Assembly (NCBI RefSeq): GCF_006345805.1
Contig: NC_043008.1
Coordinates: 45,694,001 to 45,758,000, forward strand
Source: Octopus sinensis
Lineage: Eukaryota
Length of the DNA: 64,000 bases
Reading direction: 5' to 3'
This document shows, piece after piece, positions 13,101 to 27,077 of this stretch. Under the pieces are notes generated by a model that worked only from the letters and a program-made list of their open reading frames with translations, made no database searches and had not been told where the DNA came from. Positions within the stretch are counted from its first letter, which is position 1; every line of letters begins with the position of its first letter. Position numbers and translations under genes: made by a program.

Positions 13101-14431
13101 GATAAACGTGAAAGTGAAGGAAATTAATAACGTCAAGCTATCTCCTATTTCAGGAATAGGGAAATTAAACTAAACACAGACCTGACACTGAAACGTTAAT
13201 GGACTACGCAAAGTACAATGGCCTCAAATAGAACGTAGTTATATTTCCAACTGGAAAGTAATTAACTTGGCAACAACAGACGTAAAGTATAATGAAAATG
13301 AACATAATGACTGCATTTGAAATACAATGAAACTCACCTGGCTAACTTAAATTGCATTTCACACTGACACAGGTAGATGTCTTCTAAGAACATAAACTAT
13401 GATAACATTTAGTGTAAGACTATAAAAGTATCTAATACGACAGAAGCTGATTCGAGTATCTGCAAATGAAAATAAAATAAACAAGAAACAAAAGAAATAA
13501 GGTGTGCACTTCTAACTAAACTGTATGTTTTTGTAATATCTAATCAGTCAATCCGTGTTTATTGGAAGTATCTTCATTACTACTTTTTCTAGTCTCGTTT
13601 AAGTTATTTTTGTCCAGATTTGACACGCTTTATGCTAAGCAATTTCATGTTAAATTATTGACCACAGGTTTATATTGACAAATATAAAATATTCCTGTAT
13701 ATGGTAATAATCATATGGAGTTCAAGACAATAATACTGACAAAGGCGATATCTTTTCTTTATTTCAGTGAAGAAATCAGACATATACGACTGCTTAATTG
13801 CTAACATAAATGTTCGGCAGTCCACATGTTATCAATGGATTTAATAAAAAAACAAAATAACACGTTGCATTCTACGTTAAACTTCCTAAACTCAACGCAA
13901 TTTATTCCACAACGAAAAATGCACGAAAACTAGTTTCGCACTTTTTTTGTTTGTTTGTTACTAAGCACCATCGCTAGTTTCTTCCGATTCTCATAGTTCC
14001 TTTCGTAACTATTAAACATAAATGTGGACCTTATGTCAATTGTAAGCAGCGGAACAACTATCAAACCGATCACATTTGTCAGAGTCAACAAGTAAACAGT
14101 TATTTTTTTGATATATATTCTTCATGAAATACAAAGTTTCAGTCGTGTCAAAGCTATTGAAGAGAGTTAGGAGATCATCAGAATGATAATAAATTTACTG
14201 GATAATGAATGACGGTGGGGCTCATATAAACTGCCTTCGTTTAACATTTAATATATAACACGCCTTACTATAATGCAACTTATACACAAAGTTGCACAGA
14301 TAAAGAGTATTTAATATTCCGTTAAAACAATATGGCAAAATTTGAACATATGTGCATGATTACTTTAACATCTCGACACACACACACACACACATATATA
14401 TATATGCAGATTATTATATATATATGCACAT

Positions 14432-14465
<34 letters not shown>

Positions 14466-14876
14466 ATATATATTATATATATATGCACACTATTTACACA
14501 TGCTTACATACGTCCATTTTGAGAATGCCCACGACATCACATTAGATATTTCAACTTTTTCTCTGAGCTCGATTATTTCTTTTAAATGATGTAAGTTCAA
14601 GTTCTGGTTGTAGTAAACAAAATGATGCAAGATGAAGGCAACCAAACAATATCGACAAATTAAAACACGAAGATATTGGTTTCTTTCCTTCTTCAAATAT
14701 TGACAGCTTACATTGAAGTACTCAAACGTGGCCTCATTTCCTTAACGCTGCTAATATCTGGTCTCATATCTGTCAAACTTGTTTGCAAACTAGAAAATGA
14801 GTTGTGTAATAGCAGATCAATCCATCCGCCAGTCCGTCACATTCACATATACGCGCGCGCGCACTACGCATGCACA

Positions 14877-14916
<40 letters not shown>

Positions 14917-15439
14917 GATGAAACTATTTGTTTATAGATATCTCTATGTATGTTATTAGCTTATAGTGTCATGGTTTTAAAATTTTATTTAAGCATAACA
15001 TCACCGAAGCAATTATTACAAAAGTAGAAACTGATGTAAGGGAACTAATATAATTCGGTAAAAGAGGAATTTATGATTCTACTCCCAAAACTCAGTGTGT
15101 CATCAAATTGCTATAACATTTTTTCATGAATCTGGGTGTATAATCCAGCTGTCTGTAGGATTAAACTAGCTTGATGTTGGCTCTGATCCAGTCACCATTG
15201 CCTAGTATTACTATGGCATTAAATTATCATCAAAACCTCTCCTGAAAATGGTATGGACATCACATTACCGCACGTTATGGACAAACGCGTTTTCATTCCT
15301 CTACCTTCCGGGTACGAATATCACCGGTTTCTCATTGTACTCCATCCTTTGAGTATCGGCGTAATAATCAGTTGATACTTCCCCACACTCGCACACACTA
15401 TTAATATATGAATTTGTAAGTTATCACAGTTTCAGTTAT

Positions 15440-16050
15440 GCGGAATGGCTACAGCTAAAACGCTATTTGCCTCTTATACAGAATGTCGATCAAGTTATAT
15501 GTACTACTTATCGCTCGCCAAATGCTACAAATCACACGAGCCTCTTCGTAGACTGCCTTACGAAAATAGAAGTATTAAACCAAATGAGAACAACACGTCA
15601 GTGTACTTCTCATGGGAGACCTCAAACTGCCCAACATAGGTTAACCTGAGGTCCTTTTCCTCTCAGGAATGACGCGATCTGAGCAAAATCAAGTAGAATC
15701 GCTCTTCGAAATCACCAACAAGTTATACATGGGACAAGTAATATTCCAACGAATGAAAGCAAATAATTTACTTCATCTCTGCTTCACAAACAATATGGAT
15801 CTCATCTATAATGTGCAAATGACACCGACGCTAATCTCGGATCGCAATATAATAATAGAGCTCAACCCATATGGACCAAGGGAACCCGCAGACATGCAGC
15901 CTATGAGAAGCACCTAAAATCTATCCAATCTGAACTTCCATAAAGCAGACTGGAAATCAATTGAGAAAGAGATTATCAAAAATGGTTGTCCCAATGTCTT
16001 TACACCTGACACCAACATGAAGTTCAAAAAATGCATGTCCGTTATGCTAA
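15440..16050 (+). mobile_element. LINE family B endonuclease-region fragment
   Basis: ORF 15467..15649 (VICTTYRSPNATNHTSLFVDCLTKIE) aligns by eye with 9174..9368 (VICTTFQPPDAPNHADKIEDCLTRIE). Confidence 0.7.
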
Positions 16051-16091
16051 CCACGTGCTGGATCTACAAATGCAATATCCCTATGTATATT

Positions 16092-16183
16092 CATATGGCT
16101 ATATGTATGTATATCCTTGTATATATCCATGTATACATACATATGGATATATGTATGTATATCCTTGTATATATCCCTGTATG
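16092..16183. repeat. Two-copy tandem repeat with a 48-bp period
   Basis: CATATGG(C/A)TATATGTATGTATATCCTTGTATATATCC(A/C)TGTAT occurs at 16092 and 16140. Confidence 0.8.
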
Positions 16184-16294
16184 ATTTCCAGACAATGTTT
16201 GTTTGGCAACAAATGAAACGTTCCCGAAATAAAACGATATCTGTTTCATTTCAGGGATCTTGCGACACAAATTCAAAATCGTATGTGTAAATGT

Positions 16295-16386
<92 letters not shown>

Positions 16387-16404
16387 TTTCATTCTGTAAT
16401 ATGT

Positions 16405-16650
16405 TTCAGCTGAACGGTTGTGTCCATGCTGGGGCACCACCAGTGTTATCACCTTTTAGATGACCAAACTTATGTGATTCACTTTTGGTGAAGGAGGGAC
16501 TTCAGCAATACTGCTCTCTTTCAGCTACCTGCTTTGATATTGGTTCCTCTGGGACTTTGGATAGCTAGAGATCAAGTTGTTTCTTGAAAGCATTGACTCC
16601 CACTCCATGGGAGTCCCTCAGATGTTTTGGCATAGCGTTAGATAGCTGTT
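16405..16650 (-). mobile_element. LINE family B 3' fragment
   Basis: TGTTTCAGC...CCATGCTGGGGCACCACC terminus, plus GGTTCCTCTGGGAC...GATCAAGTTG similar to 56395-56440 and 6860-6900. Confidence 0.6.
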
Positions 16651-17599
16651 GTTTTGAGGGGAAGGTAAAACTTGACAAACTGCTTCTCCCTCTGTTGTTA
16701 GATTACCGTGTTTAAAAAAGAGTGATTTATGACTGTGATAAAATAACGAAAACAATGTTTAGTAAGCAAATGAGCACTTGCTTAGAAATAATTAACCGTA
16801 AAACACAAATCCAATATGGTATTATTTTGAAGACTAAGATTTAGTTTCAGGCATATTCATTGTCTTGCATCTCAGTCAAAAATATAGAAATACACGTAAA
16901 ATATCATAAAAATTATTAGAATTGGGAATCAAATGTGAAAATGTCATCAAGAAGCCAGTAGAGAACCGCCCGGAAGGCGGTATTTTAGCTGATATTAATT
17001 ATTTTGTAAATTTTACATTAATTGTGTATCTCAAAAAACTATCGACATGCAATAAATCTAATAAAAATTTGTAGTAGAATCCTTGACAGGTTTTTCCCAA
17101 TTCCATAGTTTTTCCCTCACTGTAAAGAAGTTGGTTTCTCCAAAGATGGAAACAACCTAGGGGCCAGTAAATCGGATAAGGAGTGTGGATTCCGAATTTT
17201 TGTTGTGAATCTCAATGTGATTATCATTAATATTAAATAGGCTAACTTTTTATTTTTGTTCGTATCTGTGTTGTGTGTCACACTTTAAAGAATTCACAAA
17301 GCGAGAGAGAGGAGGACAGAGAGGAAGTAAGAGGGAGAGAATGAGAGAGAAAGAAAGAGAGTGAAAGAGAGAGAGAGGGAGAAAAGTGGGTGAGAAAGAG
17401 AGAGAATTTCTTTATTCCCCATAAGGTTGAGAAAAAAAGGAGACGATACGAGGACAGACAAAACAAACATTGGGGTCAGGGTATCGAATGAGACGAAACG
17501 TATAAATAAACAATTAAAATATATACAATTAAATGAGAATGAGTGATTTACAAAAAATGAAGCGGAGGACGCGGTCGACCCTCCAAACCACATACTCAC

Positions 17600-18055
17600 A
17601 CTGAAGACTTTGCTTTCTCCTTTTTTATATTCTCGTTTAAACAGGTTCTTTCACTCGCAACATACTTGCAATAGACTTCCATCTTTTACGAAACAATTTC
17701 TTCTCCAGCCTTATTTTCCGTTTCATGTGGAAAACTAAAAAGTCGATTAGCTCGAGACTGGAGATGAACATGCCTGTTGCAATTCCTTTCACTCTTGTCT
17801 GTGAGTCTTCCATACTACTTCTTTCGCCACAGCAACTACTGAGAGAAAACAGGCTCGCTCCTTCCTATTCAACATTTTTGCTAAGACCTTGGCCAAAATC
17901 TTCAATTCTGCGTTAGGCAGAGTGATGGGCCAACAATTATCAATTAAATCCCCCTTGTTTGGGACTTTCTTAACAGCGCTACCACCCCTCGGCTCACAGA
18001 CTTGGGAATTCCTGGCAGCAGAACGGGAGAATTCCCAAGTCTGTGATGTTGTTGA
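17600..18055 (-). mobile_element. Tx1/L1-clade LINE fragment, internally deleted
   Basis: ORF 17789..18115 has KKVPNKGDLIDNCWPITLPNAELKILAKVLAKML, matching the L1/Tx1 RT motif NWRPITLLNxDxKILAKVLA. A KRKIRLEKKLFRKRW-like C-terminal segment follows. Confidence 0.7.
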
Positions 18056-18152
18056 TAAAACATGTTCTTTGTCTATCTCCTTATCTTCTTGGTGATTTTG
18101 GATAAAATTATACAAATGGTTCCTTCAAGTTTAACTAAATTCTATATTTTTA

Positions 18153-18239
18153 TGCAGCTGAAGATTGCTCTACATTTTAAATTGATGTAATGTTTGCATT
18201 GTTCAATTAAATGGAGTCTCATGAAACGATCGTACTACA
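18153..18239 (+). ncRNA. Type I hammerhead ribozyme-like motif with an intact catalytic core, in the second copy of the Penelope-like family (about 18058-18272)
   Basis: Stem I TGCAG (18153-18157) pairs with CTACA (18235-18239) with one mismatch. CTGAAGA is at 18158-18164, followed by a 58-nt foldable stem II. GAAA is at 18223-18226, CGATCG at 18227-18232 and the GTA triplet at 18232-18234. Confidence 0.6.
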
Positions 18240-18281
18240 TTACTTCTGGATAGCCTTGTTGCTTATTTTGATTATATAGAA

Positions 18282-18320
<39 letters not shown>

Positions 18321-18324
<4 letters not shown>

Positions 18325-18523
18325 CTTGTCCCACCACCACCGTTGCTTCACAGCAATAGTGGTATGTTTGCGTCTCCGTAATTTAGTTGTTCAGCAGAAG
18401 AGACTGATAGAATAAGCACCAGACTTACAGGGAATAAGTCCAGGGGTCCATTTCTTCGACTAAAGGACGGTGCTCTATCATGGCCACCGTCAAATGACTG
18501 AAACAAGTAAAAGAATAAAAGAA
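18321..18523 (+). mobile_element. SINE family A, 3' half
   Basis: GAGACTGATAGAATAAGCACCAG...GGTGCTCTATCATGGCCACCGTCAAATGACTGAAACAAGTAAAAGAATAAAAGAAT. Confidence 0.8.
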
Positions 18524-18871
18524 TGCCAGATGAATGTTTCGTACCACTAAACCAAGAAGGTCCTTTGAATATGTACGATGTCTTTTTAAGGTTAAATAGT
18601 AATTCCGTTGACGTTTGTGGAACAGATATTTTGGTTGGATTATATAGTCATTAGTGTTACGTTACTTTCTAGAATCTGTAACTGTCGCAATATACTTTTC
18701 TAGGCTTGAAATTTCTGTGGGGAGGGAGGGGCCAGTTGATTAGATCGACCGCAGTACACAACTGGTACTTAATATATCGACCGCAAAGGACGAAAGGTAA
18801 AGTCGACTTCGGCAGAATTTGAACTGAGAACGTAAAGACAGACGGTCATAATATACAAACATTTTTCTTGG
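18501..18871 (+). repeat. 371-bp segment duplicated at 61419-61789 (SINE A tail, unique DNA, antisense SINE B body)
   Basis: Same orientation, same length, 9 substitutions and no indels by eye. Confidence 0.95.
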
Positions 18872-20313
18872 AACCAGTACACTGCTTACAGATGGTTACA
18901 TTTTTAATGATTTCCGTGAATTTTTCACGGGTTCGCTAGTCAATATAAATACTTCCAGTTGTCATTGACGTATATTTTAGGAGTTTCTTGTTTCTAGAAC
19001 GAAAAAAAATTTAATCTATTCCGGTGTAAATGCTTTGATATGGGGAGTGTAAATAATTTACAAGAAAAATCTAGTTTCCGTTTTTAAGAGTTAAATATTA
19101 TTCAAAGTCGACAAATACTCTGAGCTGATCTCTGGTGGAAGGTGTCCTGAAAGAGGAAAATACTGCAGAGTGCATCTAGGCACCCATTATCGAATATGAC
19201 AGCATTTTGAAGAGTTTAAAATTTAGATTAAGGCATATTCACTGTCTTGCATCTCCGTCAACTTTCGTTTATGAAAAATGTTGCATAACAAATCCTCCAC
19301 ATCCAAATAATAAAGAAAAATTAGTAAAAGTGTAATCCTGGCCTTTCTATAGAACCTCTCACATAATTCTAGCATTTGCAAAGATTGAGGGTCCTTTGGG
19401 GTGGCGGTTAAGACGACAGAGGAACTCAAGTCATAAAAAGCTTTCTATAATTTGCCGAATCTTCTGGAGATTTATTTTCGCAGTGTATAGATTGCACCAT
19501 AGTAAGTATTAGCACCCATTAAATCGTAAGAGTAATTAACAATCCCCGTTGATGCATGTATCTACTGAAATTTCCATTAATAATAATAGCTGGAAAGAAA
19601 ATCTGAATCACAAGATATCTAAACATTCTTTAACTTTAGCGATGTTAATACTAAGGAAAGATGGTCGATCTTATTGCTTATTGGGTTGAAGAGAACTTGG
19701 AAGTGAGATGTTTTTAGATTAGGACATAATAACCATGTCTGAAACTATCAGTCCACTACTCTAATATATTGTGCAGCTACAAATATCAGTGAATGCTACT
19801 GACTGAAGAAAGATATAAAGATTTGATAAAGAAAACATTGGAATTACCATTCAATAAATAATCGCAACTTAATTTCATCTGTTACGATTTCATTGCTTGT
19901 TTCATACTTATGACTTGAACTGCTATTTCAGCTAACTTAGTTAAAAAAAAAAACAAAAGAAAGAAAAATTCGAGACATATCATATCAAGTGATACTTTTA
20001 TTTCCGGTGCTGGTATTAAAAACACCAAGACTAATATGATATTCTTTTGCCTTTAGCATCAACTTGGAGAAGTATTTCCTGTTTCCAATCAATAATCTTC
20101 TCAGTTTCCGTTAATATTTCCCAACATCGCTGCCTGTCTTCTTCTACATCGGTCTGATTGATTAGACTCACTTCGGTTTCTCTTTCTCTATGTTCTACTA
20201 TCTCTGTTACATCCACTTTAAAGGCAACACTATGTAAATTCATGTCTAAAAAGAAAAATACTTACCTCGCTATATATATAATAATTATTTACTATGTCAT
20301 GGTAACTCGAATA

Positions 20314-20350
<37 letters not shown>

Positions 20351-22029
20351 TGTGTATATGTGTTTCACATCGGAAAATTATTTACATCTTGTAACATTCG
20401 ATTGTAGAGAAATACGATTCTCGTCTGGAAGGGTAACGCTCATATTTGGCTTAACAATAAAACCTCTGATCTCACAGCAGGGTTTAACTGCTACTCAAAC
20501 CAGTTAAATACGTATTATTAATGTCATTCTTATTAGACGTGACTTTAATATTTCTAGTCGGATGACCTACATGCAATAAAGAGAAGCAATAAGAATATCT
20601 CTACACTTAATTATAACAGTGTTCTTAATTTTGGCTTCCGACTTTGTGCATCTTTATTATTGACCAAGAAACGAACTATTCTTTAGCTGTGATTGGAGGT
20701 CCTCAAGCAGGCCGTTCTTTATTCTCAGCTCGTTATTCAGCAGAATCTTATTTTCAATTCATTGCTCCTTTCCGATTTCTAACTATATTGGCGTCATAGA
20801 TATATTAGTATTATGGCGATGTAAATCGATGTTAAGTGTTCAGTCAATAGAAGAGTTTTAAGTTCCATTGTTGATTATATTCATTTGAGGGGACCACTTA
20901 GTTTCGACTGGCATTAAATTCTTTCTCATTTGCAAACAGTCATTATACACATTATTTCAAGATACAACTGATTTATAATATGCAGAACATATTTTCGATC
21001 AATAATACTGAAAAGATATTGCTTTGAGGTCCTGGTCTCGATATCACAAAAGAAACCTGACAAAGAAGAAAGATAAGTTAAACTGCGAAACCATCGAAAC
21101 GATATATAAATATCGCTGTTAAATACATGGACGATACTAGTTGTATTTCGAAAAATACGTAAACAAGGTTCTGGACCCACATGAATAAGGTACTGCACTA
21201 CATTATACTTGGTACTCCTTTCACATCAATATCTACCAACGAAGAATATAGCCATCATTAAAACAGTCAACTTTGGAAGAATCTATTTCATAGCACAGGT
21301 AGTGTCAGGAAATAGGGAATTCATGTGATCTAATTGATATGGAATTACTGGCTGATGCAAAATAAGGAAATGAATACGAAACTTTCAGAAGACTTATATT
21401 CCTTAAAATTAAAAACAATATTCAAAAGCTCACACTATTATGGAACATCCATACACACTAGCTCCATCTCTCTCTCACATGTATAAACTCCTTTTCTCCC
21501 CCTTCCTCTCTTCTCTATGGTTATTTCCCTCTCACTTATCACGTACCGCTATATCACTTATGACGTGAAGCGTGACTGGAGAAATCAATCAACCAAAACA
21601 CACACAGACACACACATCCATCCATCCGCCCATAGACTCATATACACACAAATACACACAAATACACACAAATACATGTCGTAGTATAAAGAACGACTGA
21701 GAGAAGACAATGAACAAGCAGCGAAAGGATTCCAAGTAGCTTCGCAAAATCAATCTTCCTACAACACTAACGTTGTAATGTAATAAAAGAGCATCATGCG
21801 CCAGCGGCTGCACATATATATGTTTGCTTATGTTGAGTTAAAACTGTATACATATTAAAGAATGCGCGCGCGTGTGTGTGCGTGGACGTAAGTGTGCGTG
21901 TGCGCGCGCGTGTGCACGCATGTAATGAAAACATGTCAATGAATTTGTTTTTTTTTTAAATTTTAAACGTCATATTAAATATTATATGAAAATTTTCCTT
22001 TTTAAATCTTTCCTAATTGACTTTGATAT

Positions 22030-24640
22030 TGTGATATCCTTATGCCTCCAGAATCGTAGTACGGTTGATATTTTCGACGATAAATAAAGAAAACATTGTA
22101 ACAGAGTTATAAAAATAAAAAAATAGAAACAGCGACAGTAACAAACATGCAACCAACGGACCAACATTCTTTTACGAACCAACAATCAATATTTCCAACA
22201 CACTGACTCAAACGGAACCTGGATTTCGAATACCGAACTACTGACTACGTCAGACTTACTATTTATATGTAGTGGTCCCGTCTATTCTCGTCAGAGGATG
22301 TCGTATTCTCGCCACAACATCTCTTTTGAGATTTCGAGTTCCCAAGAAATAATGAAATTTTATTTATTATTGTTGTTTTATTAGTATCTTCTTCGTTTGG
22401 GCCTTATCTCAAGGTGTTCGGTCTCCTTCCGTTTTCTCATGCTGATTCTATGGGACTCCATTACTTTCGGTGCGAGTACGTAGAACACATCAAAAAATAC
22501 TTCCATAGGAATTTCTTTCCGTTCTTCGCTTTGTCACTTCTTTTGCTGATTTATGTGTCTCTTCTACTATTCCCAGCGTGCCCCTTTAATTAGACACATC
22601 ATACCTCCAATTGTTTTCTTTTTTTGGTTACATGGTCATCCTCCCAGCCTTCTCTACCCTTTCTGTAGGTTTTAAAATGCACTTTATCTCATACTTCGAA
22701 ATATTTCGTTGCTTCTTTCGTATTTCCTTTATATATTTTCATCTCTGGCAATAGCTTATCAAAAATCATAATTTTTCTTTTCGTAAACATCAACTTTGCG
22801 GGGGACTTTATTGAATTTGTACTTGGATTGGGACTTACTCTATGTACCCTTAAAGATTTTGTTAGTGCTTCGTCGTTACTAATTTGTTCCAAGCTTTTCG
22901 TAACGCTCTTCAATCGGTCCATTTGAGCTCGGATGGTACGGTGGAGTGGAAATATGCTTTATATTCTACAGATGTTCTTGAATTCGTATCGCGAGAATTG
23001 CGTTCCATTATCAGAAGCAAACACGTCTGGAACACCGTATTGCGAAAACAGTTCATATAGGAACTTTACAATTGTCTTAGCGGTTGGTTTATTGCACCTA
23101 CATACCTCGGGCCACTTTGTACAGCTGTCTACTCCGATTAGATCGTAAGCGCCGTTCACATAGACCATGAGTTCTCAGTCTCTGGCCACGACTGATATCT
23201 TATCGGCGGGGCTTTGATCGTGAGCGCGCAGTCACGACAAGTTCTCGCCAAATTTCCGATATCTCGGTCCATAGTCAGCCAATAGACGTAGCTCTTCATC
23301 AGAGCTTTCATTCCCGGGTGTTCTCTGTCGAATTGCTGCAATACATGTTTTTGTAATGCAGTCGACACTACAACTCTTTGCGCATTCATCGGAATATCGT
23401 CGCATATTGAGAAACTACTCGCGTTTGTATTATTATTCTGTATATTTTTAATGCTTCTTTCATTTTGTAATATACTCATCGCCAACAGAATTCATTGATA
23501 TATCCTCTGAGGTCAATGACAGTTCTTGGATAACGTTTGTCAAAATGCTTTTTATTTCATTTACTGTTTGTAGTGTGACTACCACGGTATTTTCTAATGG
23601 TTCGGTATTTTAGGGAATTAGCTTCGATGACTAATTTTTTTCGATGAAATATACTGCATTGTGAAATTCTGATCTATTAAATTTATAACCCAATGTTGCA
23701 GTCAGTTCGCAGTATGGGTCGGTACGCCTTTCTTTGACTCATAAATATATGGCAATGGTCGATTATATGTTTTTAACAGGAAACTTCTTCCATGTTGAAA
23801 CCAGTGAATTTTTTTTTGTGCAGCAAAGATAATTGACAGGGCCTCATTATCTATCTGACTATTTTTTCTCTACCGCTATTAATGAGCGCGAAACATGAAT
23901 CACTGGTTTCATCCTTCCATCTTTACCCATGTGTAGGAAAACGGCTCCTATTCCGTTCTCCGAAGCATCAATCGCCACCACAATCTATATTTCAGGATTG
24001 AAATGCGCTAGAGGAAAATCTGCGATTACAATTTTTTTCTATTTCTTCAAATGCGTTTTGGCATTTAACCGACCAATTCCACTTTATTTCCTTCTTTAAT
24101 AAGTCATCCAATGGCACTCTTAATTTGCGCATGTTGGGAATGCAGTTTTGGTAGTAGTTTGCCAGCGCCCAAAACGCTTGTAATGTTTGTATATATTTGT
24201 TGGAGCAGGCATAATATTTATTGCTTCTGCACTCGACGGGTCGGGCCGTTTACCAATTATTATTAATTATTTGCCCTAAATACCTAATTTGAGGCAACAA
24301 GAATTCGCATTTTTCTTCTCTCAAAGTGAACCTGTACTCTTTAATTTCCCTGAACATAGCTTTTATTTGCTCCACACGCAGTTCATGCGAATTTCTCTCA
24401 ATCAGTATATCGTCCAAATAAAGGATTGCAAATTCACAATCAGATAACAAAGCGTCCATGATTTGCTGAAATATTGACTGTGCAAATTCTAACCGATAAG
24501 TATCCGGGTATATCTCTACAATCGTCCGTGTGTATTTATTGTCATATAAAAGACTGGTTTGCTTTCAAGCAAGTGAAAACGCTGAGCCTGTATTTAAATC
24601 GAACAGGAAAGTAACGTTCGCTGCAACTGGAGAGACTGAA
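22030..24640 (-). mobile_element. Degenerate Ty3/Gypsy LTR retrotransposon (pol remnants; possible 3' LTR at about 22030-22319)
   Basis: RT LYLDDILI (ORF 24250..24459). RNase H IDASENGIGAV near 23940-23980. Integrase zinc domain HPG...YVYW...CRDC (23156..23485) and core VDSCTKWPEV...SDNGTQF (22959..23168). The domain order is Gypsy-type. The LTR call rests only on a purine tract followed by TGT...ACA and is weak. Confidence 0.8.
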
Positions 24641-25559
24641 AAAGAGTGGGATCATTAAAGACGGATATCAAGCTTTTAGTTGGAGTTTACAGCACAGAAA
24701 CAGATATAAGGTTATTGGAAAAGTTTCCTCTTCTTACTGACAGAAATTCAATACATGATATGTTCTTCCACTTAACACTCCAACAATTCTAACTGATTCA
24801 AAATCAAACGAAAAACTGAACACAAATTAAATTTTTATTTCATCAAGTCTTATCGCTCTGTTACTGAAACAAGTCTTAAACATTTCATCTGTAATTCAAA
24901 TATTCCTAAAAAAAGATACAGACATCAAGGGTATAAATATTTAAATACTGAGGTCATATATTACAGAGTGGTTTAGAGACGGCAATGGGCTTATGAAATT
25001 TACTGCATAATCACAGGTTTCTGTGACATGGCTATCCCACGTTTGAGTGGGGTCAAATCAGCCTTTGTGAATTTAAGTGGTCAGACCTGGTCTATTTTAG
25101 TATTCGTAATCCAGCTCCTGATTTAGTATTATGAGAAAACCCTTGTGAAGTTACCCCTGAAGGTCCTTCGCTTGAATGTAATTGGTGTTCTGATTCTTAC
25201 TACAATAACAAGTTCGTGATAGTTTCTTTCTGTTGTTAAGAAATTCTGAAAACTCATGGGAAACATCCTTCTGAGTATAACCCATACGAATCATAAATTT
25301 ACATTTCTGTCATACATTTTGAAAGGAAAAAAAAAGCAACTTTAGAAATCGGAAATTCACAAAAACAGCGGCTGAAGGAGTATTGTGTCAACGTTCCAAC
25401 GTTCTCTACTCGGATCTGAAAATATTAAACCTTTTGTTGTCGCTGGAATGTTCAGCCTAATGCTGTATTTACGCGAATGTTTTCTTGACAATATGAATGA
25501 ATAGCGAAAAGATTTTCCAAAAATGTCATAAAAATTATGATAATCTAGGCTACTGTGGA

Positions 25560-26620
25560 TGGATCCAGCATTTGGGAAGTGGTAGATTCTGACTCAGAGG
25601 TAAAAAAAAAAAAGAAACAGTTATGCAAGGAGAATGAATTGACAAGAGAGTCAGTTGGCAATATAAGACTCAAAAGCTTTAATGAGATCCAGCCGCGTGT
25701 TTCACAGGAGGCTATTGATGACTCAGGCTACTACTGGTTTATGGAATTACAAACGGTAGAAGGTTTTTGATGTGGCCTGACACTACATTAACTGGACACG
25801 CTGCAAATTTACAACTAGCTTCAACAGCCCGTCTGTTCATAGATTCAGCAGATTAGGAATAGTAGTTTTATGTATTTAATAAGCAAATACAATGCAATAA
25901 AACCATCAGAATCTGACTACTTTATTAGTTTATAGAAATACCTCCCGTAATATTATTAAAATAAACGTTATAAACAATATGGAATTGTCAAAAATACAAT
26001 ACTTAAATCTTTAAATCGCCAGGTAATCATATTTTAGTAGAGATTTCTGAACACATCTATAAAGTCATGATGAAATTTGTTTTATCTTAATTATCCGGGT
26101 TTTATTCTCATTATATAACAAAATAAACGCTATCGATTTTCGTCTAACACTTCCTAAAAGCACACAGGGAAATTTCTTTAACCACAAGTTGTATATTTGT
26201 GGATACTAATGGAGTTAGACGTAAAACCGCAGAATTAACACTGCGCTGAGGCTTCTGGAAAGCAATGAAGTTTGAGAAAGGTATTTACAGCGATATCATG
26301 GGACATTGCTGAGGATGAAAAGAAGACCATATGTTCATCTTGCGAACATTAAGCTGTCTACCGGTGGCATAATAACCTAAAGCACTATTTTTCTATTATA
26401 CAAGAATTTTACAAATAGCGATACATGAGCCTCGACGCTTGTAGGAACAGCTATCGTTTTCTTTAACAAGAAGCAGGCTGTCATCACATGGCTGACACAT
26501 TAAAGTATTCTTCCGCTTCCATAAAATGGCAAAAACGTTCCTAACCACGTGACACTCGCCTTTACAGGATTTGGACAAACTAAATGCTCTTCAGATGAGA
26601 CAATCGCGATATAAACATTA
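25560..26620 (+). mobile_element. Possible highly degraded piggyBac-like transposase remnant
   Basis: Scattered motifs in piggyBac order: DDSGYYWFME, GNFFN (DNFFT-like), GVRRK (GTVRKNR-like) and VYRWHNN (W.DNK-like). No TIRs or TTAA ends identified. Confidence 0.35.
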
Positions 26621-26692
26621 CAATGTACAAAGCTTGCTCTAATTTTTCTGTACCCAAAGGGATTTTGTGTGTGCGTGTGTGTGTGCAAATAT

Positions 26693-27077
26693 ACTCTTTT
26701 ACTCTCTTTTACTCTTTTACTTGTTTCAGTCATTTGACTGCGGCCATGCTGGAGCACCACCTTTTTAGTACTTATTCTATCGGTCTCTTTTTGCCGAACC
26801 GCTAAGTGACGGGGACGTAAACACACCAGCATCGGTTGTCAAGCAGTGCTAGGGGGACAAACACAGACACACAATCACACACACATACATATATATATAT
26901 ATATACATATATACGACAGGCTTCTTTCAGTTTCCGTCTACCAAATCCACTCACAAGGCATTGGTCGGCCCGGGGCTATAGCAGAAGACACTTGCCCAAG
27001 ATGCCACGCAGTGGGACTGAACCCGCAACCGTGTGGCTGGTTAGCAAGCTACTTACCACACAGCCACTCCTGCGCCT
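26693..27077 (-). mobile_element. tRNA-derived SINE, family A, near-intact
   Basis: The reverse strand reads AGGCGCAGGAGTGGCTGTGTGG (A box) ... GGGTTCAGTCCC (B box) ... GGTGGTGCTCCAGCATGGCCGCAGTCAAATGACTGAAACAAG, then an (GTAAAAGA)n tail. Confidence 0.9.

Noticed and set aside
13338-13385. Minus-strand mini-exon candidate (TTCTTAG...CCAG|GTGAGT)
   Set aside because: No protein homology and no partner exons. Such sites are expected by chance.
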